Positions 11,516 through 24,655 of a stretch of 64,000 bases of DNA are shown one piece after another. How positions within the stretch are numbered: the stretch's first letter is position 1; each line of letters begins with the position of its first letter. The notes under the pieces are model-generated. The model worked only from the letters and a program-made list of their open reading frames with translations, ran no database searches and had not been told where the DNA came from. Source of the stretch: Podarcis melisellensis (taxonomy: Eukaryota); assembly GCA_964234715.1 (NCBI GenBank), contig OZ174285.1. The stretch is one strand, 5' to 3'. The translations under genes were made by a program, and so were the position numbers.

Positions 11516-11706
11516 TAGGGGAAGGCCGCAGCTCAGTGAGAGAGCATCTGCCTTCTGACACAGAAGGTCTCGAGTCCAAGTCCTAGCATCTCCAGGTGGG
11601 GCTAGGAATGTCCCCTGCCTAAAACCCTGGAAAGCTGCTGCCAGAAGTGCAATTCTGAGCTCAATGGGCCAATGGTTTACCTCACTATTAGGCAGCTTCC
11701 TAGGTC
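11516..11706 (+). mobile_element. tRNA-derived SINE (Squam3-like)
   Basis: A-box-like gcagctcagtg...gagcat, agaaggtc, catctccagg, aaaccctgga; sister copy at 13217. Confidence 0.65.
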
Positions 11707-12069
11707 TACTTTCTTAAGCTCCCTGAAGGAAGTGTGGGGAAAACGTACTAGAGTGTTGCTAGAGTTGTTACAACAACAAAAGCAGCAGACCCTGTTTGGG
11801 ATGGTCATGGGTTAGCAGGCCCTTGATCCCTAGTAAGGGACTGATTGCTCCCTAAGCAGTCCATTGGGGCTAGGGGTTATCCTTTGATTTTGCCCTAGGT
11901 GTTGGAGACAGTTTTTGGGGATCATGAAAGGGCAGCAAATTATGAGTTACTGAATTTGGTCTTGCATTTTTACTGCCAGGGGAGAGGTGAGGAATTTTCT
12001 GCCACGGGTGCTAAAATAACTTGAAGAGTCTTGAATACCAGTACTTGTCTATGCTGAATTAATGGTGGG

Positions 12070-12093
12070 GTGTGTGTGTGTGTGTGTGTGTGT
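12070..12093. repeat. (GT)n microsatellite
   Basis: Direct reading. Confidence 0.95.
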
Positions 12094-12472
12094 ACACATG
12101 TCATTTGCTGCTCTACCTCAGGCAGAAAATTCACCCGCCAGTTGTCTAAATAATCTTCACATTGGTCCATGCAGAGAAGGATGGAATATTTGCATTGGCT
12201 CAAATCTGCAACAGGATGGGATTTTTTTTTGGGGGGGGGAGAGGTGAACATACCAACGAAACAACTTTATTGCATATATATTTTTTCTAATGCTCCAGCT
12301 GGAGCCACTGCAAAAGAAACTCGCACCTTAATATTATGTGAACAAGACCAGTTGCTTTAAAAGCAACAAAACACGAAGCAAAGAAAGCTCAGCAAAATGT
12401 ACCCTGTATCTTATCGTACAGTGAAATTTTCAGACCAACCCAAGCCCCTGTCTCTGCAGTAACCATGGCATA

Positions 12473-12590
12473 GTCTCACCAGTGCCAGGAGAGCCAATCA
12501 GCTGCCTTTTCATCACATCACACCAGCTCAGGCACAAGCTGCTCCGCTTCACTGGACGCTCAGGCAGCTACTGATTTCTAGGGCCAATGC
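12473..12590 (+). promoter_or_regulatory. Candidate NF-Y/SREBP cis-module
   Basis: AGCCAATCA (CCAAT 12494-12498), SRE-like ATCACACCAG (12517-12526), GGCCAATG (CCAAT 12584-12588); motif match only. Confidence 0.3.
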
Positions 12591-13216
12591 TCATTGAGTT
12601 CCCTGCTACAGACCATGAACTGCAGATGAGAGAGACAGCTGAAGAATCGCGGACTCCTTGGCTGGCTCTGATAAGAAAGTGTAGAAGCACCTTAAGTCAC
12701 AGTAGCAGTGCAATCCTATGCATGCCTACTCAGGTAAGGGTGTAAAAGGACTGCAACCAGAGAGTACATTTTAGACTTGCCTGCCCCCTTGTGCACACTT
12801 CTGGAGCTTTATATACTTAGGAATGTAGTGGGGCTGTTTATGGTTAGTTATTATTACTTCTTAAATTTGTATACTCCGTAACAGAAAAATGTAAAATGAG
12901 AATCCAAAGTAGGTAATAAAACAAAAGCAAACCAATTGTAAAAGTGCAGATGAAAGGCAAACTTGATGAACAGGAAAAGGCAGCAGTCCTGAGCGTATTG
13001 TTATAGAGGTTTGTGGTAATATAGTCCTAAGACAGAGATGGGGGTTCACAATTGTTTCGGTTGGTTAAAATTAAGTTTTAGGCTCTCAGTAGAAACAAAG
13101 GATTGAAATGTAACTAGTTTGGAAATCTGGGCCTAATAACCATTAATATGCACAATACATGAAAATCATGTTGCCATAAATTTAATAGTCTAGCTTTTTT
13201 TTGTATTATTCTACCT

Positions 13217-13400
13217 TGGGGAAGGGCTGTAACTCAGAGGCAGAGCATTAGGTTTGCACACAGAAAGTCCCAGGTTCAGTCCCCAACATCTCCAGCTGGG
13301 CTGGAGGAGAATCCTGTTTAAAATCCTGGAGAGCCGCTCTGGGTCAGAGCAGATAATACTCAGCTGACTTAGCAGCATGAGGCAATTTTCCTCCATTCCT
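13217..13400 (+). mobile_element. tRNA-derived SINE (Squam3-like)
   Basis: ggggaagggctgtaactcagaggcagagcat...cccaggttcagtcccc...catctccag. Confidence 0.7.
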
Positions 13401-13453
13401 AGCTACCAGTTTCTCCTGTTTCGCTTTTTTTATGGGGAAGGTCTCAAACTGTA

Positions 13454-13668
13454 CAGTGGTACCTCAGGTTACATACGCTTCAGGTTACAGACTCCGCTAA
13501 CCCAGAAATAGTGCTTCAGGTTAAGAACTTTGCTTCAGGATGAGAACAGAAATCATGCTCCGGTGGCACAGCGGGAGCAGGAGGCCCCATTAGCTAAAGT
13601 GGTGCTTCAGTTTCAGGTTAAATATGGACCTCCAGAACGAATTAAGTACTTAATCTGATGTACCACTG
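13454..13668. mobile_element. Tc1/mariner MITE, same family as 10162, opposite orientation
   Basis: TA-cagtggtacctc...taccactg-TA. Confidence 0.85.
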
Positions 13669-13712
13669 TACTTATTTTAAAATATTTTTGCAGCATACTG
13701 GAGAGAGTGGTA

Positions 13713-13954
13713 CAGTGGTACCTCGGGTTACATACGCTTCAGGTTATTAACGCTTCAGGTTACAGATTCCGCTAACCCAGAAATATTACCTCGGGTTAAA
13801 AACTTTGCTTCAGGATGAGAACAGAAATCGTGCTCCGGTGGCGCGGCAGCAGCAGGAGGCCCCATTAGCTAAAGTGGTGCTTCAGGTTAACAACAGTTTC
13901 AGGTTACGAACGGACCTCCGGAATGAATTAAGTACTGAACCTGAGGTACCACTG
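13713..13954. mobile_element. Tc1/mariner MITE, third copy
   Basis: TA-cagtggtacctcgggttac...gaggtaccactg-TA. Confidence 0.88.
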
Positions 13955-15142
13955 TAATGGGCACAATTTTCCATATGTGGTGGACATGTGAATTAGTGCA
14001 TTTTGCAAAAGGGTATTTACAGAAATAAGCAAAATTACAAATCAGAATGTACAATGCAACCCATGCCTAGGTTTATTAACATTTTAAAAAGATATTCAGC
14101 TTAAATTATTGCACAAGGAACTTAAACTTTTCTTCCTGTAGCAGCACAATTGCTCACACCAAAAAATAAATAAAAATGGAAAAGACTTGATCATCTACAT
14201 ATGACACAATGGAAACAGAAGTATGGATAATTGCTTTATCTGAGAAACTAAGAGAATACACACCCTGAATAGATGCAACTGATATGGACAATTCTGCTAA
14301 AACATGGCACCCCTTTATAAAGTATTCAGATGATCACCCTGATGTCTGGCACCCACACATACAGATTTATGGGAAATCTGTTACATTAGTTTTCTTTTCT
14401 GGGGGAGGGGTAGAAGGGGGAAACCAATTGTTTTGATAATGTTCTGCTTATGATTATATTGTTTCTTGAAAAAGTAATAAAATAAAAAAATAAAATAAAA
14501 TACTTTCAGGCAGTCCTTCACCACAAGTGATCCCAGGACAGGCTAAAAAGTTCAATTTAAAAAAACAGCGCAATAATTTAAAAGCGAGCCCTTTAGACAT
14601 CCCCAGGCTTTCCTTGAAGACAAAGACAAATTTTTACGGCTGTGCAATGCTAAGCACATTTACTCAGATGTAAATCCCTCTGTGTTCAGAGGGACTGAAA
14701 GGTTTTCAGTCCAAAAGGTCCTCTTTACATTTCAATCTTTGTGTCTGGTTTTTGTGCCACCTGTTGGTATTAAGTGGTATATACAGTAATACATAATAAT
14801 TAAAATGTGTTGGAGGCAACCAGAGATTTGAAGATGACCTCTGGCAATTTCCTTCCCATCTCTGTGCACCTTGGCATGTTTATTAGGTGGTGGTGGCAAA
14901 GGCAAGCAGCAGCAGTGTGCTATGGTGAGCATTGGGCAGCTAGGAGATGCAATTTAAATTTCCCCACCATATGCTGGAGTAACTCAGGCCCATTGTGGGC
15001 AAATTGAAAGTAGTAGCTAGACCTGGAAATGACCAGTCCTGGATTCCCCCCCCCCCCCCAGTTTTCTTTAGCTGATTTGCATTCCTTTGTAGATAAAGCA
15101 GGCCTTGTCAGAGTTACTCGTTCTTTAGTTATATCTTGTCTT

Positions 15143-15338
15143 TAGGGTTGCCATGTGTCTGGGTTTTCCCGGACCCATCCGTGAATTGGGCATCGAAAAG
15201 GTGTCCAGGGGGATTTTAGCTAAATTGGCAAAATGTCCAGAAAACCCGGATATATGGCAAGGGGTGCTGGTTTTTGTTTTTGTTTTTAAATTGTATAACA
15301 ATCCCCCCCAAAACTATTTTGGAAATATGGCAACCTTA
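15143..15338. mobile_element. hAT-type MITE
   Basis: TIR tagggttgccat / atggcaacctta, ccgga subterminal motifs; TSD not preserved. Confidence 0.65.
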
Positions 15339-15359
15339 GCTAGATTACTGCAATGTACT

Positions 15360-15680
15360 CTAAGTGCAGCTACCATTGAAGGTGGTTCAAAACTCCAGTT
15401 GGTGCAGAAAAAAGCTGCCTAAGCTACTGGTGTGGGTCAAATATATCAGTAGTACTGGTTATCAATGCATTTCTGGGCCCAAAGGTTTGAGACCTGACTG
15501 CCTGAACCCATACAAAAATCCCACTTGGCTACAGAGGCCCTGCTCGAAGGTCATAACAGTCACAAGACAGGGCCTTTTCAGTGGTGGCCCAGTCACTGTG
15601 CAACTTGCTCTTATGTGGCATACATTTGGCTCCCTTTAGTCACTTTTAAATGGGCCTGGAAAAACCTCAGTTTTCAATTG
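15360..15680 (+). mobile_element. Degraded L2 fragment
   Basis: aaactccagttggtgcagaa (KLQLVQ) and agggccttttcagtggtggccc (RAFSVVAP) motifs. Confidence 0.6.
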
Positions 15681-17685
15681 CTGGTGTTGGTCTAGAGTTG
15701 TTTTTTTAATGCATATTTTAAGAAAATGCTAATGTTTCATTCATCTTCCAAGATGGTCCTCTGAATAAATCTCATCCAGTTTTATGTGGAACACTTGAAA
15801 TCTCTTTTGAAGAAGAACCTCAAAGAAATGAATAATGTTCTTTATTAAGGAAGAACCCTGTAGCTGAAAGTTTGCAGTTCCTATCATGTTAGATCAAAGC
15901 AGCACACACAGATCAGACTATTTATTCATTTAGCTAGTAATCTAGTCTGAACCTGGGACCTTGTGCATACAAGACATGTGCTCTATGACTGAGCTACAGA
16001 CCTTTCCCCATCCCTCAACTTTATTCTTTCCAATAGGTTGTAAAGGCCACCCATTACCAGCAACCAGCTACCAACTACCTGTGTGAAGGCAGGAGTCATG
16101 GAACATGTCTCTGTGGTAGAGGAAGTGGCTTTTGGTTGTGTCGTCTGGTTCACACCGAGGATTTGCAGAGCCATTCTAAAACTGGAAGTGGCAATAAACT
16201 GCCATCTCATTGGTGTGAATTGGTTCAAAATCAATAGTACCAAAGTGTGTGGTCATGAAATAAATGTGCTTAGCCTTATCTTCAGAATATATCTCAGATC
16301 AAGGGATACTTTTCAGTCTCTCTCTATAAAGAGGGAAAAAATGGTTCATTCCAACACATGCCCCCTCCCAACCATGTGACTGTTATTGTACACATGCTCC
16401 ATGTACCCAATATCTGGTTGGATTGTGTATGCACATGTTGATCACTCACACTAAAATCTCACCATATTCAGAGTTTGCCACTGCATGTGGAGTGTCAACG
16501 GAGCTCTATGGAAGTTGCTAACTTTATTTGTCAACCTAAACTCTATACCACCTTCGTCAGTGCAGACAAATAGTTACTGATGTATATCAAGCTATTTTTA
16601 GATCCATTCATTATATTTTTAAAAACAAAACCATTTCACTTGAGCACTTCCGAGTATTAAAAATAACTACAAAACATAAATTTGTTTGTAATATCTTTTA
16701 ATACTTTTCACTTTTAAATACTGGTTTTTAAATTTGTGATTGTAACATGGAAGAGCCAACTCAGTTTAGCTGTTTGTTTGTTTTTAAGGTTAACAGAATC
16801 ATAAAGCTATCATAGAACAGTCACACTCTACACACTCAAGATACTCTTTAAAATGATTCATGTTTTGAGTATGTAGATGAACAGTGGCAACTCAAATACA
16901 GCTTCATATACAACAGTGGACAGAAAGATCAGTGAAAAGTTTGACTTGACAATTTGATTAAGGAGAACCAGTACAACTTTATTATGAGCCAGCTCAGCCC
17001 AATAAGATAAGAGTTAACTTCTTTTAAGGTCAAATAACACACCCCACCCCCACCCCAAGAAATTTGTAAGATTTAGACAGAGCGGAAAAGAAAATATTAA
17101 AAGGGTCTAAAAATCAGGGAGAAATGAGCAGTGCTTGTTTCCTGACCTTCTTTTCCATCTTCTATCCCACCCATCTCAACAGCTAAATAACATGGAGCGA
17201 GGTCCATCATTTAACAGAAATCAATTTATGTGGTGGCAAAGTCAGGCTTTCAGTGCAACAAACAGGCACTGAGGAGGCAAAGCCACCTTTGGGGACGGCT
17301 CCACATACATAGAGGGCAACTGTATTGTCATGTTTGTGCAGAAGTCAAGGAAAAGGGACTGAAGCATGTGTTCACCAGCTATTGCCAATGACAAAGGAGG
17401 ATATGGATAGGCAGAATGAGGGCTTTGATGGAATGACTCATTTGGAAGGGCCAGAGATGGGGAAGAAGAGTTCTCTGCTGGGGGAAAGGTTCTTTGCATG
17501 GACTGACTGAGCCTGCCAGTTTCTTAGGGGAAGCTTCCATGTCATCATTGGGTGTTTTTTAAAGCTCTTGCCATATATCCCAGGAAGCCTCCAGATATCA
17601 GCTGGGCAGGGCTAGCTCTAATAAAGTGACTCCGCTTGTCTAAAAGTAAAATGTATTCTTTACAAATAGTATATTTAGTGTAATT

Positions 17686-17691
17686 TTTATT
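17686..17691 (-). terminator. Candidate distal poly(A) signal AATAAA of CERT1
   Basis: tttatt on + strand; minus context TGTAAATAAAAATTAC at the end of a long AT-rich, TE-free UTR-like tract. Confidence 0.5.
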
Positions 17692-18692
17692 TACAGAATT
17701 GCAAAATACATCACATTTAGTGCAAATGCAACTAATGATATTAAGATTTATATACTGCTTTGTAAACTTTCCATCTCTTTGTATAATAAAGCTATCCAAT
17801 TAAATTAGAGTTACTTGCATGTCTTCCATGATCATTACCAGAAATGGCAAATTGTTAAATCTGCATTTGGGGGCTAAGCATTGTTGAAGTTCCCATCAGT
17901 GGCTATGGTGAATAAACAATTTTATCCTTCAATTGATTGTAAAAAGATTAAACGTATCTGAGGTATAAGAAACTGTATATAAAATGCTTACTGGTGATAT
18001 AGTAAACAGATCAAATTTCTCAACTTACTTGCCTTACTGGCATTACCCCATAGGCACTTCTCTTCTACATTTTCAATTCATGATCAGAATTACTCTGTAA
18101 TAAGGCATATTCCATGCACGTTATTTAGAGAAAGGCAAATAAAGGAGACTAAAAAACATGGAATCTGTGTGCATGTGAATAAATCAACCATAGTGTGTCT
18201 ACCTTAGCACATCTATGACACACCAGCCATAACCAAGAAAACTTGCTTCCAACCTCAACGATTTTCATCAGCTGTATCTTCATTAAAAAGTACGGTCTTT
18301 GTTTTCAGGCATCAGTTACTCTATACGAAATAAGACTTTCTGCTCTCTTTTCAAAAATATATCCAAATCTCGTCTCTCTCTCTCTTTATATATACACAAG
18401 TTGATCTAACAGCTAAAAAAACAAAACAAATCCTCTGAATAATCTCCATTTAAAAGCACAACCACCAAGTGAGACATTTCCTCAAAAGGACGACCAGTCT
18501 TTTGTCACAGTACACTTTTCATGTTATTTGTTGGCATCACAGACAGGCATATCCTTGAAAGTTAAGTTCTCACAGCAACTAAGGGGAACTTTGCTTTTTT
18601 GCTTTTATAGATTTTTACATTTTACAATGCAGATGGGGGGGGGCAAATATTACATGTGTGAAAGGTTGTATGTATGAACTTCATAACACAGC

Positions 18693-18698
18693 TTTATT
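18693..18698 (-). terminator. Candidate proximal poly(A) signal AATAAA of CERT1
   Basis: gctttattga on + strand, U/GU-rich surroundings on minus strand. Confidence 0.4.
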
Positions 18699-19729
18699 GA
18701 ACAGAAAACAAACAAACATGCAGGACCAGAAAACAGCATATTTGCTCTTTCTTTGTGACTGGGAATGTTATATTATGTATTCCAATTTACTTTAATAAAT
18801 ATTACACAGTGTTAACTTCTTGCAGCTTCAGGAAATCAGACTGCAAGAAAGCAAGGCCATCACACACAACCTGGGCAAGACACTTCTCTAGCTTTTTCGG
18901 GTGCTCACACCTTCTTGTTCACGTACTCTACCTATTTAGAAATTCTGGATCATGTTCAATAACTAACTTTCTGTAGCACATTTTACACAACTAAAAAATA
19001 CAATAGAAATATAAAGATATCTGGGGGAGGGGAAAATAAAGCTTTTCACACTTACTCCATCAGAACCCTGAAGATCTTCATAGGAGCAAGACCATAGAAA
19101 AGGCAGTCATAAGGATCTCGACAACCCTCTCATATTAAGAGATGTCTTACATAACAATATGATTTATCATAGAAACCAGCAGCAATGAACTATGATTATA
19201 CAAAGCAAACAAAAAATCCCCCCCGAAAGACAGAGTTTACTGAAAACCTGAAGGAAAAAAAGTTACAACACACAGGTTTTTGTGTATATAAAGCACATAC
19301 AGTATGTTATATGTGCATTTGTCCATTGTGCTTTTTTTAGACATACACAAAATGGAAGCTGTGCAAGTGTCTTATGATGAAGATCCACAGTAAACAAAAG
19401 CTTTTCAAATTATTCAAAAATTAAAGCAATAAACCAAGTTGGTGACCCAAAAGTTGTATTTTTCTTCTCTAAAGCAAGCAAATAAAGTAGAGCCACATAC
19501 ATGTATCAACACATGTATTTTGTGTTTTGTTTATAATTACACACCAATTCAGCAAGGTGAGCTAGCAAAAGACAGTGAAAGATCAGCGTCATGGCATTGC
19601 AGTATTTCTTCAGTTGAGTACAGAATCCAGGACTTGGGTCATAAGACTGTAGATCCTACGTTCCAGCTTGGAGCATTCATTTTGGTTCATTTCTCCATGT
19701 GGAATGTTCACACAGCCTTGTTCCGATCA

Positions 19730-20493
19730 CTGGGGATGGAGGAGGGAGGGGAATGGATGAAAGCTTCAGTTCTGATTACCACCAACAAAGCTAAGACGGT
19801 GCTATGAAACATGAAAATGTGGAAAGCACAATAATGTCTTTATTACATATTCCCCATTCATGGTTTCATTTGACAGTTCAGAAGGAAGAGAGTCTGTTGA
19901 GTATTATATAACAATAAGTGACACGCACAGAAAAGATAGAAGGGGGGGCCTTAATTTGAGGGCTTAATAATGAAAGCACCACCTGCCATTTTATTTATTG
20001 TTCCTTCTGCATTTACTAGCAGACAGATTGCCAGCAAGGTTACGTTACCCATTCCTACTGTTTCCTAGCTACATGATTTCTTAACTGATCATTCTAGGCA
20101 GCTGAAGAAACCCACCCCACAGCCTTATAAGGGGCAAAAACAAATATGTGCCCCTAATGTTTCTTTTATATGAAACACAAGGAATCAAACTACACCAAAC
20201 TTCAGATATGCTTCAAGGCAGCAACACTGCAATTTCAGTTTTCACAGTATCTCAGTGACAAAAGCAATCCCCCCAAAGTATAATGTTGATTCTCAAATTT
20301 TACCCTGCAACAAATAAACATCTTCCTTGCCTCCCACCACAGGAAGATTTCAAACTTACTGCACCATTTTAAAATTAAGCTCCACATAACATTGTATTCC
20401 CAGAATCTCAGTATCTCTTAATTATGCAATGGCTGTCGCTAATGGCAATAATGTTGCAGCAAATGTTAATTTTGACTTAACATACTGCATTAC
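19730..20493 (-). other. CERT1: Candidate 3'UTR intron of CERT1 (764 nt)
   Basis: Donor CAG|GTAATG 9 nt after the stop; acceptor ccctccctcctccatccccag|TGATCGG. Confidence 0.65.
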
Positions 20494-20502
20494 CTGTTAA
20501 CA

Positions 20503-20829
<327 letters not shown>

Positions 20830-21273
20830 TTAACAAAAACAACAACCCAGCCAAGTTTTCTTCTGACACCTGATGAAAGTGGCAGATGTCTTAGTCCCTG
20901 GTTGGGATTGCACAGAACTGCGTCCAAATGCAGAGTTTATTAGCTATGTGAAGCAAAGATTTCCCTTGCATAGGGTTGATCCACTCTGTCTTGTGAACTC
21001 TGCGGGGGGCGGGGGGAATCTAAGGAAGCAACAATGTGGGGTTTCAGGGGTCCTTGAGCAAAAACTACCCTTGATGCCTGAGCAGCTTCACCTTCAGGTG
21101 GTGCAGGACCAGAAGAAAGTGCTTTTGTGGCCTTAGCCAAAAGGGCACGAAAATATTATAAGAAGAAAAGTCAGTCTTGAGATGTGGATCCTCCTCCAGC
21201 AATTACTCATCCTCCCACACTTCAGATTCAATGGACACTTCAGACTTGATCAGAGAGCCTTTGAATGGCTAAA

Positions 21274-21274
<1 letters not shown>

Positions 21275-21357
<83 letters not shown>
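21275..21357. repeat. Compound (TG)n(AG)n microsatellite
   Basis: Direct reading. Confidence 0.95.
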
Positions 21358-21361
<4 letters not shown>

Positions 21362-21469
21362 GCATGAAATTATGTGAGTGTGTGCTGCATACATTCATGT
21401 GAGGGTATGTGTCCTGTATGTATGTGTGATTTGTGTAGGGAGCTGGACATATATTTGCAGCTAGGTGAG

Positions 21470-21893
21470 GTGTGGAAGTGAGAGCTGGACCATCAAGAAG
21501 GCTGATCGCCAAAGAATTGATGCTTTTGAATTATGGTTCTGGAGGAGACTCTTGAGAGTCCCATGGACTGCAAGAAGATCAAACCTATCCATTCTTAAGG
21601 AAATCAGCCCTGAGTGCTCACTGGAAGGACAGATCCTGAAGCTGAGGCTCCAATACTTTGGCCACCTCATGAGAAGAGAAGGTTCCCTGGAAAAGACCCT
21701 GATGTTGGGAAAGATGGAAGGCATAAGGAGAAGGGGGCGACAGAGGACGAGATGGTTGGACAGTGTTCTCAAAGCTACCAGCATGAGTTTGACCAAACTG
21801 CGGGAGGCAGTGGAAGACAGGAGTGCCTGGCATGCTCTGGTCCATAGGGTCACAAAGAGTCGGACACGACTAAATGACTAAACAACAACAACA
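21470..21893 (+). mobile_element. Bov-B (RTE clade) LINE, 5'-truncated
   Basis: ESWTIKKADRQRIDAFELWFWRRLLRVPWTARRSN...YFGHLMRR...GRQRTRWLDSV; (CAA)n tail. Confidence 0.92.
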
Positions 21894-22592
21894 GATGAAG
21901 TGTAACTGGTGCCCACAATTCATTACATGGGTTCGGAGGTCCAAAAGGGTTCATGATCCCTGGCTGCAGCATAAGAAGCAATATCAATGTAAGAACAAAA
22001 TATTGCATGGTGGAGCAAAGGCAACTATGTACAAATATAAGAGCAGCAAAAAATTAAAAAAACCTAGACAGAAATACATGTATCATTTTTTGTAAATTTA
22101 AAGTATAGTATTTATAGGGAAAAGAGGTTAAATATATGTATGACATTTGGTAGCGACTAGGCTATGAAACCTAGGAGCTACTTCATCCATTGCACCCAAG
22201 ATATTAAGTGCAAAAAAAGTGAAGTGTAAATGCATCGACCGGATACACACCTATCAGAGAGAAGGTCTGAATGTGGCTTCACTGTTCATTGTCTGAAACC
22301 TAGTCTTGTTGATATGTGAAGTGGACAGAAGGCATTTAGTCAAGTGTACTTACTTGTCCTCAATGGGTGGGTTGAAACCCACTAGTGGCCTGATCCAAGG
22401 TGGGTTGCAACAGGAGCACTACCACCATGCAAATATAAGGTAAAAGATTAATGGCCTCCAAATGCATGTGAGTCCTATGTCTGAAAAGGTTGAAAATACC
22501 TGTTCTAGTGTCTCGCCTGCCTGCCTTATCTCAAAATAAGGAAGTGGACATTTAAAATTTCAGTACCACTTGGATTTAACTTCAGTTTCAAC

Positions 22593-22759
22593 TAGGGTTG
22601 CCATACGTCTGGGAAAATCCGGATCGATGGCAGCCCATGACGGCAGTGCCTTTTTTGCCGATTTCCCATAAAAATAGCTCAAAAATGGCATGGTTGTTCA
22701 ACAACTTTTGGCAAAACTAAGAAAAGCTCACCCCCCCACACACAAAGCGCTCAACCCTA
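22593..22759. mobile_element. hAT MITE
   Basis: TIR tagggttg/caacccta; perfect 8-bp TSD gtttcaac at 22585-22592 and 22760-22767. Confidence 0.85.
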
Positions 22760-22890
22760 GTTTCAACAGTCCTTAAAAAAAACCTTTGACTAGATTGGCT
22801 CAAAGTTGCCTCATTTATATAAACGAAATAGCGTTCCTATTTTTAAGTTCCCAGTTTATTATATAGTGCCTACAACTAGGTGCTTTATTA

Positions 22891-23085
<195 letters not shown>

Positions 23086-23330
23086 TCAAGAAATACAAAC
23101 ATTTAAGATTTTTATATTGCTAAAATACGAATTAGGATGAAATATTACAACAAACACAGTCCCTCCATTTTCACTACAATTCATTCAGTCTGCATTTTTT
23201 ATTATCCTTTCTCTTAGCTCCCTTTTGCCCGTACACTGTTAAAAAAAAAAGCATTCTATGGTAATCTGGAGAGAAGTCTGATTACATGGTTAAAGCAAGA
23301 AACACCCTCAGAACTGGAATATACACTTAC

Positions 23331-23459
23331 AGGAGCACTATCATGATCCACAGAGAAATTGCAGACAATCCATGTTTCACTGTCATTTTCATTGAAAGCT
23401 GGTATTTTTCTAATAGCAGACAAATACAGCACATCACGTTGAGAAGCAGGCCACACTCT
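23331..23459 (-). CDS. CERT1: CERT1 exon 15 (129 nt), START domain
   Basis: [43 protein letters not shown]; acceptor ttcttctag, donor gtaagt. Confidence 0.97.
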
Positions 23460-23999
23460 CTAGAAGAAAAGAAAATTGTAAGCATATTTATAGTACTTCA
23501 GAGCACTTAAATCACTCCACACACATTACCTTATTGCAATCTTACAACAACCCTATAACAATTCTCAGAGCGGTAAGCTGTGTTAGCCTGTTGCAGCAAA
23601 CACAACTAACATTTATTTATTATGACATGAGCTTTGATAGGTCTGATTTACACATCATGTTAATGGAATCATGGGTTATGGCAAATTTCAAGCTCCTTTG
23701 CTTCTTTCTCCCTGTTCTGTAATCTTACTGAGCTAAGCCATAGCTTGGCTTAACATGATGGGAACATTTTGAGCTTTGGGAGAGTGTTGGGGGCACCAGT
23801 CACAAAATAGCTACCATGGGAGTGTGTGGTGGTCAGCTATGTCCTGATCATCGAGATCACATAATACTAATCACACACGCAGAGCGAGTGTTGAATTGAA
23901 GACTTGCCAAGCTTGTGCTCTATCACTGGACTATTGTCTCTCTCCCAAGTATGACACACCATTATTGAAGATCAAAAGGAAAACAGATTTAAATACCTA

Positions 24000-24655
24000 A
24001 AGGGAGCCAATCTAACCATTCTTGGGAGGGAATTCCACAATATGGCAGCACCTGCCGGACAAAAGGTTCTCTCTTGTGTCTAATGCTGATTGGACCAAGA
24101 GAAGTTGCTCAGCCAAGGATCTTAGCATCTGAGCAGGTTTGCATTGGGAGATATGAGCTTCCAGGTATCCTGGGCCCAAGCCAGATATAGAGCTTTATAG
24201 GGCATAACCATCACTTTGAATTGTGTCTGGAAATGAACCGGTAGCCAGTGAAGTTGCTTTATCAGGGAAGTAACATGTTAACTGGCCCCAGTCATCAGTC
24301 TGGTCAGAGCATTTTGGACTAGTTGAAGCTGCTAAACACTTTTCAAAGGCAGCCACATGTACAGTGTGTTACAGTGGTCCAACTGGGGTGTAACTGTGAC
24401 ATGTGTGCATCACTGTGGTAAGATCTGACATTTCAATATACGGGTACAGTTGGCACATGGACACTCTCATCCTGTCCAGTTCCCAGCATAGATCATCCAC
24501 CAAGGTGACCAAAGCTGTCTCCTTTCTATAATGAGGCCTAAAGCCTGACTGGAATGGAGCTAGAGAATTGGTTTCATCCTGGAGCTGAGAGGCTGCCACA
24601 CGCACTAACACCTTGCTAAGGAATGCAAGATTGGTGACTGGTTGACAATTATACC
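24000..24655 (-). mobile_element. Degraded L2 LINE
   Basis: LAPFQSGFRPHYRKETALVTLVDDL RT-proximal motif; gggagggaattcca 3' motif. Confidence 0.75.

Noticed and set aside
1-17600. HMGCR 3' exons expected from mammalian synteny
   Set aside because: No HMGCR-like peptide recognised; the gene may lie further left, so this is not evidence of rearrangement
21461-21881. 130-138 aa ORFs (also 26797-27192 and 61452-61715)
   Set aside because: Bov-B and L2 reverse-transcriptase C-terminal fragments or their antisense frames, not host genes
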